From Octopus vulgaris (lineage: Eukaryota), in the NCBI GenBank assembly GCA_951406725.2, contig OX597815.1, forward strand, positions 26,474,001 to 26,538,000: a stretch of 64,000 nucleotides of DNA. The letters run 5' to 3'. Below the pieces are notes generated by a model. The model was not told where the DNA came from, ran no database searches, and saw only the letters and a list, made by a program, of their open reading frames with translations. A program made the position numbers and the translations under genes. Positions 1-13,503 of the stretch are shown here, piece by piece (position 1 is the stretch's first letter; every line of letters starts with the position of its first letter).

Positions 1-2479
1 GGGTCATTTCCGCGCTCCATACATGTTCATACCGCTGCGTTATAGATATCAGGAAGCTAAGGGACAACGTCTACACCATATCTCTTTCTGTAATACCCCT
101 ATTCCTATATTATATCTCTTTCTGTAATACTAGTATGCACTTGTATATGCCACCCCTGGGGGAGTACTCAACAGCTGGGGCTCTCTCTAAATTTCCTTTC
201 GAGAGCGAGAGTATATGAACATTTCGCTGTTACTTAAAAAGCAAAGACATATCACTTTTCTTGTTCTTCGCTGGATATATTTGTTGGATTTTTACCTTAT
301 GCATACATTTTCATTCACATTGTGCCTGATCGTATCAAATAACTCTTTATGACCCACGACGCTCGTAAAAGATGAAATGTTATTCTTGGTGGCTGTGTTA
401 TTTTTGTTGTTCGTATTGTTTATACTGTTTTGTTTTTCATTTGTAACGATGTTTCTAACACTTTTTGGTTTTCCAGTGTACAACTGTGATTAGAACTCTG
501 TTTTCGCATTAACTGTTTGTTGTGCTTTGCTTTTTAGTCTGCTTTTTGTGTGCTTGAAAATATTTGATGGGAAAGGAATGGATACATTTTTAAAATCTTA
601 CTGAGGCTACTACTACCACTACTATAGTGGGTAACTCTTCTTTTTACCCCAAAAGCTATTTTGTATACAAACAATACAAACAGCTTCTATAAATATATGT
701 GTGGACGAGCGTGAGTGTGTTTGTATATGTGTATGTACGCATGCATGCACGCATGTATGTATGTATACCGTTAAAATCAATGTACTCTCTTCCCCCTAGA
801 ATAATGAGGCGAGCGTTCAAATAACCTGAAACCTGTTGTTGGTAAAACGAAAACAAAAACTTTTCTTCGTCAAATAATCCTTGAAGAAATCACATTTTAG
901 ACCGAACTATGTAAACCTGATTGCCATTTCCGCTTGGTATCATTTCACACCGTTTAAATTGCTTAAGAAAGACATGAACGTCTTTCATGAATATCTTAAG
1001 AAAGATATGACTGTTAAAATTAATTTGGCCTCTGTTATAAATGTGTGGTTTTATACCTAATTGATTAGTCAGCAATGTACATAATTTATACTGATACCTC
1101 TTAATAATAATGTTATTCAAAAATAATGCTTACTTTAAATACATTAAGTTAATCCAAACTAATAAAAATGTGAATAAATATTTTTGCGATTTGCAATAAT
1201 ATTTCATTGGACTTACCGAGCCTTGTAGAGACTTAGTCATTCTTTGTTTGCTTTTCATAGTACTTTTTAATAGTATGTAGAACCATCCTGTAATATACGC
1301 AAATGTTTTGGTGATAAATGGCCAACGCATTCACGTCAATATGAGCGGAAGAAGAAAAATATTACTGTAAGTTGTATGACTGCCCTTACAGACATTTTGT
1401 TGCTGTAAATTTGAACTCACATGACTTCCATATTAAACCATGGCCGAACTATTCACTCAGCCATTGATACTGCATGAGAACGGCCATTACTCCAAACGGC
1501 AAAATACCTTTAACGTTTGCTTTGCGATTTTCTGGTAAATTACCCCGAACACATCAAGCCTACTCTAAGAGGCAGTCGAAACAAAATCACTACACCAGCT
1601 GTGACATTTAGCTATTCAATTATTTGGTTAAGAATAGTTAGACGCTTGAAAACACTTCAAAGTGCGCTTTTGTGTGTTTTCTGATTCATTATTCATAGCC
1701 AGAGATTTGGATAAAGTATTTCATTTGAATAGTTTTTGAAAGGCCTTCCTTTCGATTGCCAGTAGCTTCTACAATGTAAAATGAACTATTTCTTTCTATA
1801 TTTTACTCGTATAACACGTCAGAAAACGATCAAGTTAATAAATATAAAAACCAATGAATGATTTTCTCACATGAAGATGAATTTAGATATAAAATGTCCA
1901 CAAACATGAACGAGCAACTAAATGTACAGCTTCTAATTAGAACCAAAATTTACATAAAGGTCATCAAACTTGAATAATGTTGGACATGCAGGTTAGCTTT
2001 TACGAAGACTCACCTAAACACCGCTGAAGTCCATGTGATTAATGTAAATGTCTATGGATAATAATGAAGGAAAATATTACCAGTTAAAGAAATAGCATTA
2101 AAGTGAGTTACATACAAAGAGTTTAAGGTTCATAAGTGATTTATTTCAATGTCATTCGGTACTTCTATACATTTATCAATACATAGTGTTAGCTAAAAAA
2201 AAATCTATAGATATATTCTGTAGTGCAGAGTAAGTCTATGGTTAGACAAAATAACATTCAAACAAACCGCTAGTTAGATAAATAGACATTTTGAGCTTAC
2301 TAAATTATTAATTCTATTCTGGCTAGAGAATGTTCCGATTACGACTAATTAACATTTTTCTGCAAAGGGAATAGTGTGAATGGAAATGGAAACTCGGAAT
2401 TTACTTCTATGCTTTTGATTGTTAACATCAAATATATATGAGTGTGTATACATGGATATTTCTTCAAGTCATAATCTAA

Positions 2480-2740
2480 GTTGGTTAGCTTCTTTCTAGC
2501 ACCTCAGGACATCTAAGTAAAAGTCGTCATTGATTCTTTGACCACATGAGACAAACTCGCGATGAACGATACTCTTCTACAAAGAAATATAAAACGATTT
2601 CATCTTCATCTTCAAATTTAAGTAACTCTATTGTACATCTTTTGCCATAGTGACAACTATTACCAGCTGTTATGATCCTCTTCAGGAAATTTGCATCAGC
2701 ACTCAAATGATTAAACAGCGCTGACTGGCTATAACACGGT
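2480..2740 (-). mobile_element. Degenerate mariner transposase fragment (catalytic-domain region)
   Basis: The minus strand translates to ADANFLKRIITAGNSCHYG and SIVHREFVSCGQRINDDFYLDVLRC*KEA. These resemble the mariner motifs FLxxIITGDESW and GIVHxEFVPxGQTVNxxFYxEVL; stops and frameshifts are present. Confidence 0.65.
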
Positions 2741-3002
2741 TCTTTTACTTTTTATCTGTGAGCAATCACAGCATCTATGCTGTAGCAACACTAAAATACG
2801 ATTAGATGTTAAATTTCTAATTTAGCTACTGTTCCTTCCTATAGGCACTGCAGTAGTGCCTTTGAAATGTTTTGTTTAATTTTGAACAAACCTCGTATGT
2901 ATAAAAACAAAGACCAATTTACGTATATGTACGTACAAGAAATGTAGAAATGTACTTATGAAAATCACCTAAGATGAAAACATAAACAAACATATATATT
3001 TT

Positions 3003-3113
3003 TTTGCCTTTCATCCTTTCGGGGTCGATAAATTAAGTGCCAGTTGCATACTGGGGTCGATCTAATTGACTGGCCCCTCCCCGAAAATTTCAGGTCTTGT
3101 GCCTAGAGTAGAA
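3003..3113 (+). mobile_element. SINE family A, 3' fragment
   Basis: GCCTTTCATCCTTTCGGGGTCGATAAATTAAGT block nearly identical to the copy at 12638-12866. Confidence 0.8.
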
Positions 3114-5127
3114 TTCTTATATTGGCGGTCAAAGTCATAAGAGTGTATACTTAGAAATTACGTAATATATTTATGATCCTATTCAAAAGTACATATAGAC
3201 ACACATATACTTATACATGAAACAGCGGTATTACACACATACACATATTTAAAGTCTTAGAATGAATATATCCTCACTCACTCAAAACACACAACCATTC
3301 CCAAAACTGTAAGAGATTTTTGGTGAAGGATAGATTTTAAAAGGGCGGGAAATAATGTTTCCTTTCGGGTCGGCATACAACATTTTGCATTATCCAAAAT
3401 CTTTGACATTTGTTCGCCGAAAGTGATGTTTCCAGCCTAATGTCCATTGATACTATTTTGAAACCGGAAGTGGTATCTAACAGCAACAGCAAAAGCAACA
3501 ACAAAATCTTGAAATGCTATATTTACACAGAAAATAATATGCCTCGATAAATATTATAATAAACTTCAAAAATTCAAATAAATCTTAAAATATTATTCTG
3601 TGAGTGTGTGTGCGTGCGTGTGTATGTGTGTGCGTGTGTGTGTGTGAGTGTGTGTGTGTGTGTGTGCGTGTGTGTGCATGAGTGTGTGTGTTTGTACGTT
3701 TTCAATTATTTCTACATTTATTTACAATATTTCTTATATATTGCTACAAAAAGTTGCCTTTATTTATCATCAAGAAATTTGTTCATATGTACGTGTACTT
3801 TTTTATCTATTTATTTTTACTTTACCTGAATAATTCTTCATTTGGTCTATTTGAAATATTTTACACAATACTTTAGTTTTGTTTTGTAGTATGTTAACGT
3901 ATATACATTCATAAGTTCACTCATTGTAATATATACATTCATATACGCATATACATAAGTACACATATAAGTCTTTGTGTGTATATATATATGTGTGTGT
4001 GTGTGAGTGTGTTAATGTGTGTTTGTGTGTGAGTTTATGTGTTTGTATGTATGTACGTTTATAAGCAGAGAGATTCAAAGAAACGAGTTAAGTAATTTAC
4101 ATTCATATATGTGCGTACGTGTGTGTGTGTATGGGTGTGTAACATATGTTGTAGATACTTAAGGAGGGCAAATCTAACTATTTGTCCCCAGACTGAATAA
4201 AAAATGAACATTCCGCATCGATTTTCGAACCTAGTTCGGTTCTCATCAAAAGTGTTTACATCAGTTTGACCAATCCTAGAGAGAGATGTAGTCAATCTGT
4301 TTATATACTCGAAAAATCCAATAATTACTGATAAATAGAAATACTAAATAACATCCCGGAAACTCCAAGAGCATAAAAATAATTTTCCTTAGATAATGTC
4401 ATATATACTAAAACATACTGTACCTACCATCAGGCTGTTTATTTCTTTAACAAACTTGCTTTTAATTGTATGTCGTGTCTATTAGTATTCGATCAAAACA
4501 ACATGATCCATAACTTTACTTATATGTAGTATTCCTCGTTCATTCAAATACTGTAATGAGTTAAAGATGAAGTAACTTATTAGAATAGCCAATAGTAACT
4601 AGGAGTTTCTTGGAGGTTTCTAGGTACATATGTATGCATATGCTATGCATGTACAATATACGATACATACATACATACATACATACATACATACATACAT
4701 ACATACATACATACATACATACATACGCGCACGCATGTATGTATATATGCAAGTTTGTATATTTGTGTATATGCCTCTGTGTGTACGGCTATGTATATAT
4801 ACCGTCTTCAAAATTTACTGATCACTATAGAGATTGATCTTTACACAGTCAATTTCTTAGAAAGTTCCAATATAAGTACAATCCATATTGCATATGTGAT
4901 AAAAGTTTAAACTACACTCACAATTAATCTAACCGCTCAATAAACATTTCAATAACTCAAACAAAATATTTACATGAATTTTTTAACTTTTCTATCAATA
5001 AAAACATTTTATATTATTTTTTGCGTATTACAATGACATCCGTTCTAGAAACATGTTATCCGAAAAAGTGAGTACATTCAAGACACAGTAAGAACCATTA
5101 TTCATAGAAATAGAAAAATACGCAGTT

Positions 5128-5260
5128 TTGTACTTAATCATCCCAATATCACAAAGTTTCTTTAAATTACATAAGAAGCACTTCCCCACATACCATAAGT
5201 ACTATAAAATATTTAATAAAAATTCCATTAAAATCTTCAATTTAACTAACTTAAACAACT
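5128..5260 (+). mobile_element. Penelope-like retroelement remnant (RT C-terminal linker)
   Basis: ISQSFFKLHKKHFPTYHKYYKIFNKNSIKI resembles the Penelope motif IGxxFLxLIDKHFPxxHKxHKIFNRNTxKxSYSC. Confidence 0.55.
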
Positions 5261-5440
5261 CGCCGCAAACCAATCCACTAGTAATTAAAACCCATCACTT
5301 TCATCCAAGATTCTAACTGTCAATCCATAGATGCATAAGTACAGCGTATATTAACACCTCACTATCCTTATCCTTTTAAACTCCATTACCACCCGCACAA
5401 ATGCATTTCGAGAAATTCGCAGAAGTCCCAAGTCATTTCC

Positions 5441-5516
5441 AACTTCAATTGAGAATTTGAGAAGTAAGACTATACAATAACTTCAATTGAGAATTTGAAA
5501 AGTAAGACTATACAAT
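5441..5516. repeat. Tandem duplication, 2 x 38 bp
   Basis: AACTTCAATTGAGAATTTGAGAAGTAAGACTATACAAT repeated head to tail with one mismatch. Confidence 0.9.
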
Positions 5517-6467
5517 GTAAAGTTAAGCTGCTTGTTAATATTAGGTAGTTGATGTTTCTAATATTAGATGATGTTGGAACTAGTTGTAAGGATAATACAG
5601 AGGGTAGTTAAAGGTGTTGGTAGTGAACTACCTGCCACCTTGTACAAGGCTGTTGTCCAATGTCTCTCTGTAGCCTACAGTACATTAAATGTTGGCTATT
5701 GTTCAGAGTCAATTGTGTTAGTAACTAACTGTCAAATATCCAACAGTGAATGTAGCGGGAGACAGAAGTAGGAACTGGAATTGATATGTTGATAGTATTA
5801 GTTGCTACCTTGTGGCTTGTTTGCTCGATTTCGTAGATTTTTTCTTTCAAAGCACCAAGTCACAATCACTACACACCAGAAGGAAAGAACAGTCTCGTAG
5901 CCAGTATATAATTCGACTTTCTTCGCTTTACTGATTACTCTTGAAGGGAATAACAACGCTCATAACCTTACATAAACTTTTAAGGATTCCGAGATTTGTA
6001 GGGTAAAGCAGGTATCCTAAAACATGAATACAATGAGTCGAAACAAACACCACCATACATCTCACCTGACACTTCAACAACTCCGTTATTTTCGACCACA
6101 AAAGAATCAAAATAGAAACTGACCTCAGAAAGATGGATAGATTATGCAAGGTTATAAGGACCCTGCCAATTCGCCTTATCCATCACTAAAATTCTACGAA
6201 ATTCAAGTATAACTCAATGCTATGCAGCCCTACAAAATTTTTATAGAATATAGCCAACATTGTATGTAATAGACAGATGTAAACACCTTGCGTTGTTAGA
6301 GTACTACTCGCATCTCTTATAAGGTGCTGATACAAACAAATAAACGAGATCGATTCAACCCCTCAATCCGCCAAAAGCCATCCGGCTGATGGTCAGATTT
6401 ATTCATCAATACATTACAAATACTGGCTTTCAAATATGCTGTTTTTCTCTTTGCTTTTGTATTAACA

Positions 6468-6898
6468 TTGGCTTCAAATTTTGGCACACAGACAGTAATT
6501 CCGTGGGACGAGGTGGAAGGAGGGAAAGCCGATTACGTTGACACCAATACTCAACTGCTATTTGTTTTATTGACCCTGAAAAATTGAAAGGCAAAGTCGA
6601 TGTCGGCAGAATTTGAACTCAAAACCTTAAGACAAACGAAATGCCGCAAGTATTTTGCTCGGCGCAGTAACGGATTTTTACCAGCTCGGCTCCTTCTTCT
6701 CTATAAATATTGGTTTCATATCTTGACACAAGGCCAGCAACATCGACCCCCAGAGTTTAACTGGTACTTATTTTGTCGACCCTGAAAGTATGAAAGGCAA
6801 AGTCGACCTCCATGGAATTTGAACTCAGAACGTAAAGACGGACGAAATACTGCCAAGCATTTTGCCCGGCATGCTAACGATTCTGCCAGCTCGCCGCC
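6468..6898 (-). mobile_element. Two tandem SINE family A copies (about 6468-6690 and 6710-6898)
   Basis: Reverse complement reads GGCGGCGAGCTGGCAGAATCGTTAGC...GAGTTCAAATTCC...GTCGACTTTGCCTTTCAT; a tRNA-like head with a B-box-like GTTCAAATTCC occurs in both copies. Confidence 0.85.
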
Positions 6899-7059
6899 TA
6901 CCTTTCTTACAAAGCATCCTACTACCCTCACTTAGTAGACACTGTGACACCTTTTTTGGTGTTAGAAATGATTATGGTAATGATGGTCATGGCGCAAAAA
7001 AGTGCTAGTTCTGGTGATTGCCATAAAGTAGTGACGTTGAATGTTGTAGTTGTGTCCCT

Positions 7060-7296
7060 TGATGCAATAGTTGTGATTAATGTGGTGATTGTGTGGTGTT
7101 TGTAGTGGCTGTTGAAATAATAATGATAATTGTTATTGTGGTGGTGCTGCTGTTGGTATTGTCGTTGTTGTTATTGTGGTGGTAGAAAAGTTGCTGGTAG
7201 AAGTAATTGTAGTGGTAGCCATTGCAATAGTGTTGCTAATGGTGGTAGTTGTTGTTGTGAAGGTGATTGCAGTGATGATGATGGTGATGATGATGG

Positions 7297-7380
<84 letters not shown>

Positions 7381-8110
7381 CGACGACGGTGACGATGATG
7401 ATGACGATAATGATAGTGATGGTGACAAGCGCGACCATGATGTCGATAAAGATGAGATGGTGGAGATGGTGTTGGTGTTGGTGATGGTGGTGGTAGTGGT
7501 GATGATGGTAACGAAGAAGATGATGAGGATATTCGTGGTGGTAGTCGTCGTCGTCGTTGTCGTCGTCATCGTAGACGAAGGTGGTGGTGATGATGATGAT
7601 GATCTTGAAGTTTAATCGTGGTGTTTGTGGTTTGTGGTGGTTTGCCGTATTAGTAGTGAGAGTCGTGGTCGAGTACTTCATTTGACAAGTAAGTATTTGC
7701 ACGAACAATGAAAAAGACAGTTAGCAAACACAACACGGGACGGGGTTGGCTGTAAGTGCTTATGGCAAAACTAACCAACCAGCGATATAGGTACACACGG
7801 TAGAAACGACGCATTCATATATATTTAGTCCGTCCTCGAGCAAAATAACCACACGTTGGCAATTTACATTGTATCATACACATATTTATATATCAATGTG
7901 TGCGTTTTGTGGTTGATGTTTGTTGCTTGTTTGTACTAGTCGCGGTGGTAGTTGTAGTGGTGGTGGTGGTGGGTCTGCTATCATTACAGTTGATGATAAA
8001 GATGGTGGTGGTGGTGATGATGATGATGATGATGATGATGATGGGTGGTGGTGGTGGTGGTGATGATGATAATGATGATGGTGATGATGATGATGATGAT
8101 GGTGATGCTA
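7060..8110. repeat. Compound trinucleotide microsatellites (GAT/GAC/GGT/GTT)n
   Basis: Long (GAT)n and (GAC)n runs at about 7273-7410 and 8000-8105, with degenerate GGT/GTT runs. Confidence 0.9.
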
Positions 8111-8203
8111 ATGCCATGGCTCATTGTGTGAATGTTGTAAAGGAGTTTAAACCAATTCATCAGTATAAATACTGATACCACACACACACGCATATATACA
8201 TAC

Positions 8204-8289
<86 letters not shown>

Positions 8290-8324
8290 ATACATGCAAA
8301 TATATATATATACACCGTTCATCT

Positions 8325-8552
8325 TCTTTTACCTTTTAGTTGTTTCAATCATGGACTTCTAGTTGAATGTATAGAGGCCAGTACTTGCTTTTTAAAGCCT
8401 GGCGCTTATTCTATGGGTCACTTTTGCCGAATCACTAAGTTACGGGGACGTAAATACTTCAACACTGGTTGCCAAGCGGTGATGGATGACAAGCACACAC
8501 ACGCACACACACATACACACACATATATATATATATATAGTACGTATGTATG

Positions 8553-8611
<59 letters not shown>

Positions 8612-9045
8612 ACTCTCCCGTCGTTAGAAAACGTATGAGGGTTCGGCAATTTGTTGCCGAACAACCACACGGATGATTCGTTTATAGTGATCAAATGTTT
8701 GTGTTCACATACCCTCTCTTCTTCCGTCAAATTGTCGATATTACTTGTACAGGTGCACCGTATGCCACATGTCAGATGATGAAATGATCGCAGAGCAACG
8801 TGAAATGAAGTGCTCTGCTCAAGAACACAACGCAACACCCGGTCTGGGAATCGAAACCACAATCTCGCAATCGTAACCACTAATCGTAACACCCTAACCA
8901 CTAAGCCATGCGTATATATATATACATACATACATACATACATACATACATACATACATACAATGGTTTCCTTCAACCAAATCCACCCACAAGGCTTTGC
9001 TCGACCTGAGGCTATAATAGAAAATACTTGCCCATGGTTCCACGC
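8325..9045 (-). mobile_element. SINE family B, degenerate, interrupted by a nested SINE C
   Basis: The 3' part (8325-8490) and the 5' part (8960-9045, CCAAATCCACCCACAAGGCTTTG) match the family B copy at 35696-36082. Confidence 0.75.
8610..8912 (-). mobile_element. SINE family C nested in the internal microsatellite of SINE B
   Basis: GAGCAACGTGAAATGAAGTG...CTCAAGAACACAACGC...GGAATCGAAACCACAATC...CACCCTAACCACTAAGCCATGCG is shared with 27510-27628. Confidence 0.8.
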
Positions 9046-9337
9046 GTGTGTATAAACATGAACACACTGTGATGTACTTGACCTACACACAAATAGACAT
9101 AGCGGAAAGAGAACCTAAACGTGGTCTCTCAACCTATTAGAAATTGTAGCCAGATTTCGTCGAAAGTCAAACTGTACCATTTTAAATCCAATAGGACACG
9201 TTAGATAATGTAGTCCATAGCATAAAAGATATAAAATAAAGATGCGATGGTCTCAGATGTGAAATCTTAGCAGATTTCGTCGATCGCATTTGACCTGGTA
9301 CTAAATAATATGCTTACATAAGCAAACATTATTGTAC

Positions 9338-9810
9338 TGTAGTTGTTCGAGCCCGGGGGCTGCGACATACTGGAGCCTGTACAACTGTTACTGCTTTTAC
9401 AACCTTTCTTTTATTATTAGTTTTTCTTAAATGCAGGAGTTTGATGTTATTGCCCTCGATTGCAGCATTTCTTACCGTGGCGTCAGTTGGTCTGGAATCG
9501 AAGGTAGATTATTCAAACATTTCTTGAGCTTTACTCGTACTCCACGAGGAAGTAAATCTCAATTTTTCAATTTCTTTGGTAAGATATTAAAAACCTGCTG
9601 ACCTTTTAGCCCGAAGCTGTTGCAAAATGTGGTCGTAATATTTGGGACAATTTAGTGACGAATAGTTTGGTGAGTGGTATGCTTCTTATTACTGAAGTTT
9701 GGTGCGAGCCCTTCAAGATTTGTCGTATTTAAGTCACTGCATATCTTCCTTGTTTTCTCCCCTGGGATTAGAATCTGTGCCTTCAACGTCTTCCATTTAT
9801 TCAGTTGTTC
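9338..9810 (-). mobile_element. CR1-like LINE 3' fragment (older copy)
   Basis: Minus-strand peptides NLEGLAPNF, FCNSFGLKGQQVFNILPKKL and KLKKCLNNLPSIPDQL...RAITSNS, followed by the 3' tail GCTCCAGTATGTCGCAGCC...GGGCTCGAAC. Confidence 0.6.
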
Positions 9811-9834
9811 AATTCAGACCATTTTCGATCCATT

Positions 9835-10110
9835 CATATGTTTTAGCCTGTGGCTGCAGCCATGCTGGAGCACCGCCAGGGTAATCACCTTTTAATTGGC
9901 CAATTCTATGGTGTAAGTGGGAGTTCGATACCGCTGCCCTCTTTTGGGTTTTCTGTCTTGATATTGGTTTATCTGGGATCTTGGAGAGCAAGAGGTCAAG
10001 TTGTTTCTTGAAAACATCCCACTCCATGGAGATCTGTCAGATGTTTTGGCAAGGAGCTAAATAGCTCTGAGCTCTTGAATCAGAAACTATTGCAGTACTT
10101 GGTCATGTAT
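9835..10110 (-). mobile_element. CR1-like LINE 3' end (ORF2 C-terminus plus 3' UTR)
   Basis: CNSF*FKSSELFSSLP and DVFKKQLDLLLSKIPDKP...KRAAVSNS fit the invertebrate CR1-group C-terminus FKxxLDxxLxxIPDxP...RAAxSNSL. Confidence 0.75.
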
Positions 10111-10445
10111 AGTATCGTTGAATTATACTTAAATTTCCAGTTAGTTTAATATTGTTTGGCTGTCATACTGGTGATAGCTGAGAGCAGTTGTTCTCTGCAG
10201 AAACAACATGGCTTACAGTTATCTCGTGCAGAATGATTTCAGAATCTAGCACGCTCGCTTTTTTTTTTTTTTTACATCGATACCATCTCGGTAATGTCCA
10301 CATTAAAAGATACATTTTATTTATATTTACTTCCAGCTTACGCTTTGGATTTGCAATCTTCCTATATCTCACTTTCACTCACATATAGACACACACACAA
10401 ACACACACACACACACAAACACACAGATGAAACGCACAGACACAC

Positions 10446-10450
10446 TCGTC

Positions 10451-10518
<68 letters not shown>

Positions 10519-10710
10519 ATGTGTGTGTGTGTGTGTGTTTCTTCCTACCACCGCTTTACAACCGGTGTTAGTGTGTTCACATCCCCCGTAACTTAGCGGT
10601 TCTACAAAAGAACTGATAAGTACTAGGCTTCTAAAAAATAAGTATCGGAGTCGATTTATTCGACTAAAAATTCTCCGTCATGACTAAAACAAAGAAAGGG
10701 TAAAAGGATA
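10446..10710 (+). mobile_element. SINE family B, 3' half
   Basis: A (TA)n(TG)n block followed by ACAACCGGTGTTAGTGTGTTCACATCCCCCGTAACTTAGCGGTTC...AAGTACTAGGCTT. Confidence 0.75.
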
Positions 10711-11111
10711 TACGTGCGGTTGTGTTTCTATTTATAATTATATATGACTATATTCATGCATAGTTATCTGTGCTTTCCACACATATATTTCACACATATA
10801 TTTCTAGATACACATGTCATGACTCTCATTTACCAACATTCTTTACGACAGACATGTAAATATACACCCTTAGACAAATATGTATACATCGATTTATCTG
10901 ATCTGTGTAGATAATTATTTATCTATCTTACTGTCTACCTATATATGTTTCTATCTATCTGTGTGCCTACCTATCTGTTTCTGTTTGTCAATCTGTGTGT
11001 CTGTATGTGTGCGTGTATCTCTATAAGCGTTTGTGCTGTTGTTACATTGTGTATGTGTGCGTGTGTAATATATATGCGTATATACACGTATATATACATA
11101 CATTCTTTTAT

Positions 11112-11701
<590 letters not shown>

Positions 11702-11955
11702 CGGAGATGTACTCGCATAGCAAGTAATTTGATCTGAGATCGTGTGCTGAAACGATTATGTTTTATAGAGTGTATGTGCGTGCTTATACACACACATACA
11801 TATATACATACATACATACATACATGCATACACAGGCGTATGTGCGGACATGAATACGTACATACATACACACATGTATGCATACATACACACATACATG
11901 CGTACATACATATATATGACGAACTAACTGTTACTTTCTTAGATGCAGCACGGAC

Positions 11956-12005
11956 TTTGTCAGTGAACAGGTCGCGGATTTTAGCGACGAAAATATTTTG
12001 ACAAA
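11956..12005 (+). ncRNA. Minimal type I hammerhead-ribozyme-like motif with G3:C8 swapped core
   Basis: TTTGTCA-GTGAACA-G-GTCGC-GGATTTTA-GCGAC-GAAAATATTT-TGACAAA: 7-bp helix I, 5-bp helix II, GAAA box, self-complementary AATATT as helix III, and a UUU (NUH) triplet. Confidence 0.6.
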
Positions 12006-12637
12006 TTAAACTTAAATGTTGGAGTGAATCGAACGGCTTTTGTGTGTTTCTTAAATGGCTTATAAACACCTCCCACGCTGCAATTGCATATATATATATA
12101 TATATACATAATATAGCTCTTGTCTTTTATCTTTTACTTGATTCAGTCGTTTGACTGCAGCCATCCTGGGGCACTGCCTTGAAGCTCATGAATACGAAAT
12201 GTCATAAATACTGCTGCGTTATGTAAATATCGAATTGAATATAACGACATTGACACACTTAAAATGTATTCTTCCGTTTTCATAAACGCTGAATCATGTA
12301 GGGTTCGTGGGACGGGTTATCAGGGGACATTAATAATGTCTCTACTGCAAACTTCAACAGCATTATTATATAAATAACAACCATTAAGTATCAACTTATC
12401 CTGGTTTCGAATTACAGCGTTTGTGTCAGATAAAATTCACCGCTTACTTCACGAGTAAGATAGTCAGCGACTACCTGATCTGTCGACGGCTTTCAGACGG
12501 TTGAATCCACCAGATAATTTACAGAAATAGACACAGACATGGCTTTTTATTCGCGTAACCACTTTATGGCACTTTGGGAATTTTTTTTTGCTAGAGATTT
12601 GGGCCCACCAGTGCCTATCATATGTGTATATATATTA

Positions 12638-12866
12638 GGCGGCGACCTGGTAGAAACGTTAGTAAGCCGGGCGAAATGCGTAGCCGTATTTCGTCTGCCA
12701 TTACGTTCCGAGTTCAAATTCCGCCGAGGTCGACTTTACCTTTCATCCTTTCGGGGTCGATAAATTAAGTACCAGTTACGCACTGGAGTCGATGTAATCG
12801 ACTTAATCACTTTGTCTGTCCTTGTTTGTCCCCTCTATGTTTAGCCCCTTGTGGGCAGTAAAGAAA
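12638..12866 (+). mobile_element. SINE family A, full length
   Basis: tRNA-like head (GGCGGCGACCTGGTAGAAACGTTAG...GAGTTCAAATTCC), central CCTTTCATCCTTTCGGGGTCGATAAATTAAGTACCAG block and A-rich end; many related copies in the window. Confidence 0.9.
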
Positions 12867-13429
12867 AAAATATATATATACATGTTTGTCCGTTCGTGTT
12901 TGTATTTGTCTCTCACCGCTTAAAGACCAGCGTAGGTAGTTTGCAACATCGTTTCTCAGATTTACATCAGAAAAGGAAACGAAGGAAACAATAGCAGACT
13001 TAAATAAATACTAGAATCGTTCTGATCGACTGTAAAGAATTCTTGAATGCGATGCCACAGTATTGCTGCAGTCCAGCGATTGAAATGAATAAAAGATTAA
13101 TAGGATGAATAAATTATCGGAGCAATTTAGCCTACATTCAACTAGTGTCATATCTGTTACTGGTAACGTCTCTCTCTTTATCATACCTCCGTGACAACAT
13201 CAATCCGTCTGAGCCGGTGAGGGGCGTAAATGTTACACTTTTGTATCATCAAGCAACACTATTTTTAACATGTCTGGGTATCAGGTACAGAAATGAAGGA
13301 AGTTCGTTTTATTTTCACTTGCTTCTGCTTTCAATCCCCAATGCATTGCGCATTTGACAAATATCTTGAACTACAATTAACTAATCCATGGGAATAAAAT
13401 CTAGAAGCTCCTCATGTGTGCGTGCAAGC

Positions 13430-13503
<74 letters not shown>

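Noticed and set aside
290-1330. Short minus-strand ORFs near the window start
   Set aside because: No recognisable domain or splice structure; possibly old repeat debris.
7130-8205. ORFs with poly-Asp/Met/Ser/His/Ile runs, and a strong donor-like AA|GTAAGT at 7689
   Set aside because: These are trinucleotide-repeat artefacts. The frame that would splice to the LIM exon hits a stop at 7613 with no ATG, so it is not a coding first exon; a UTR exon cannot be excluded.
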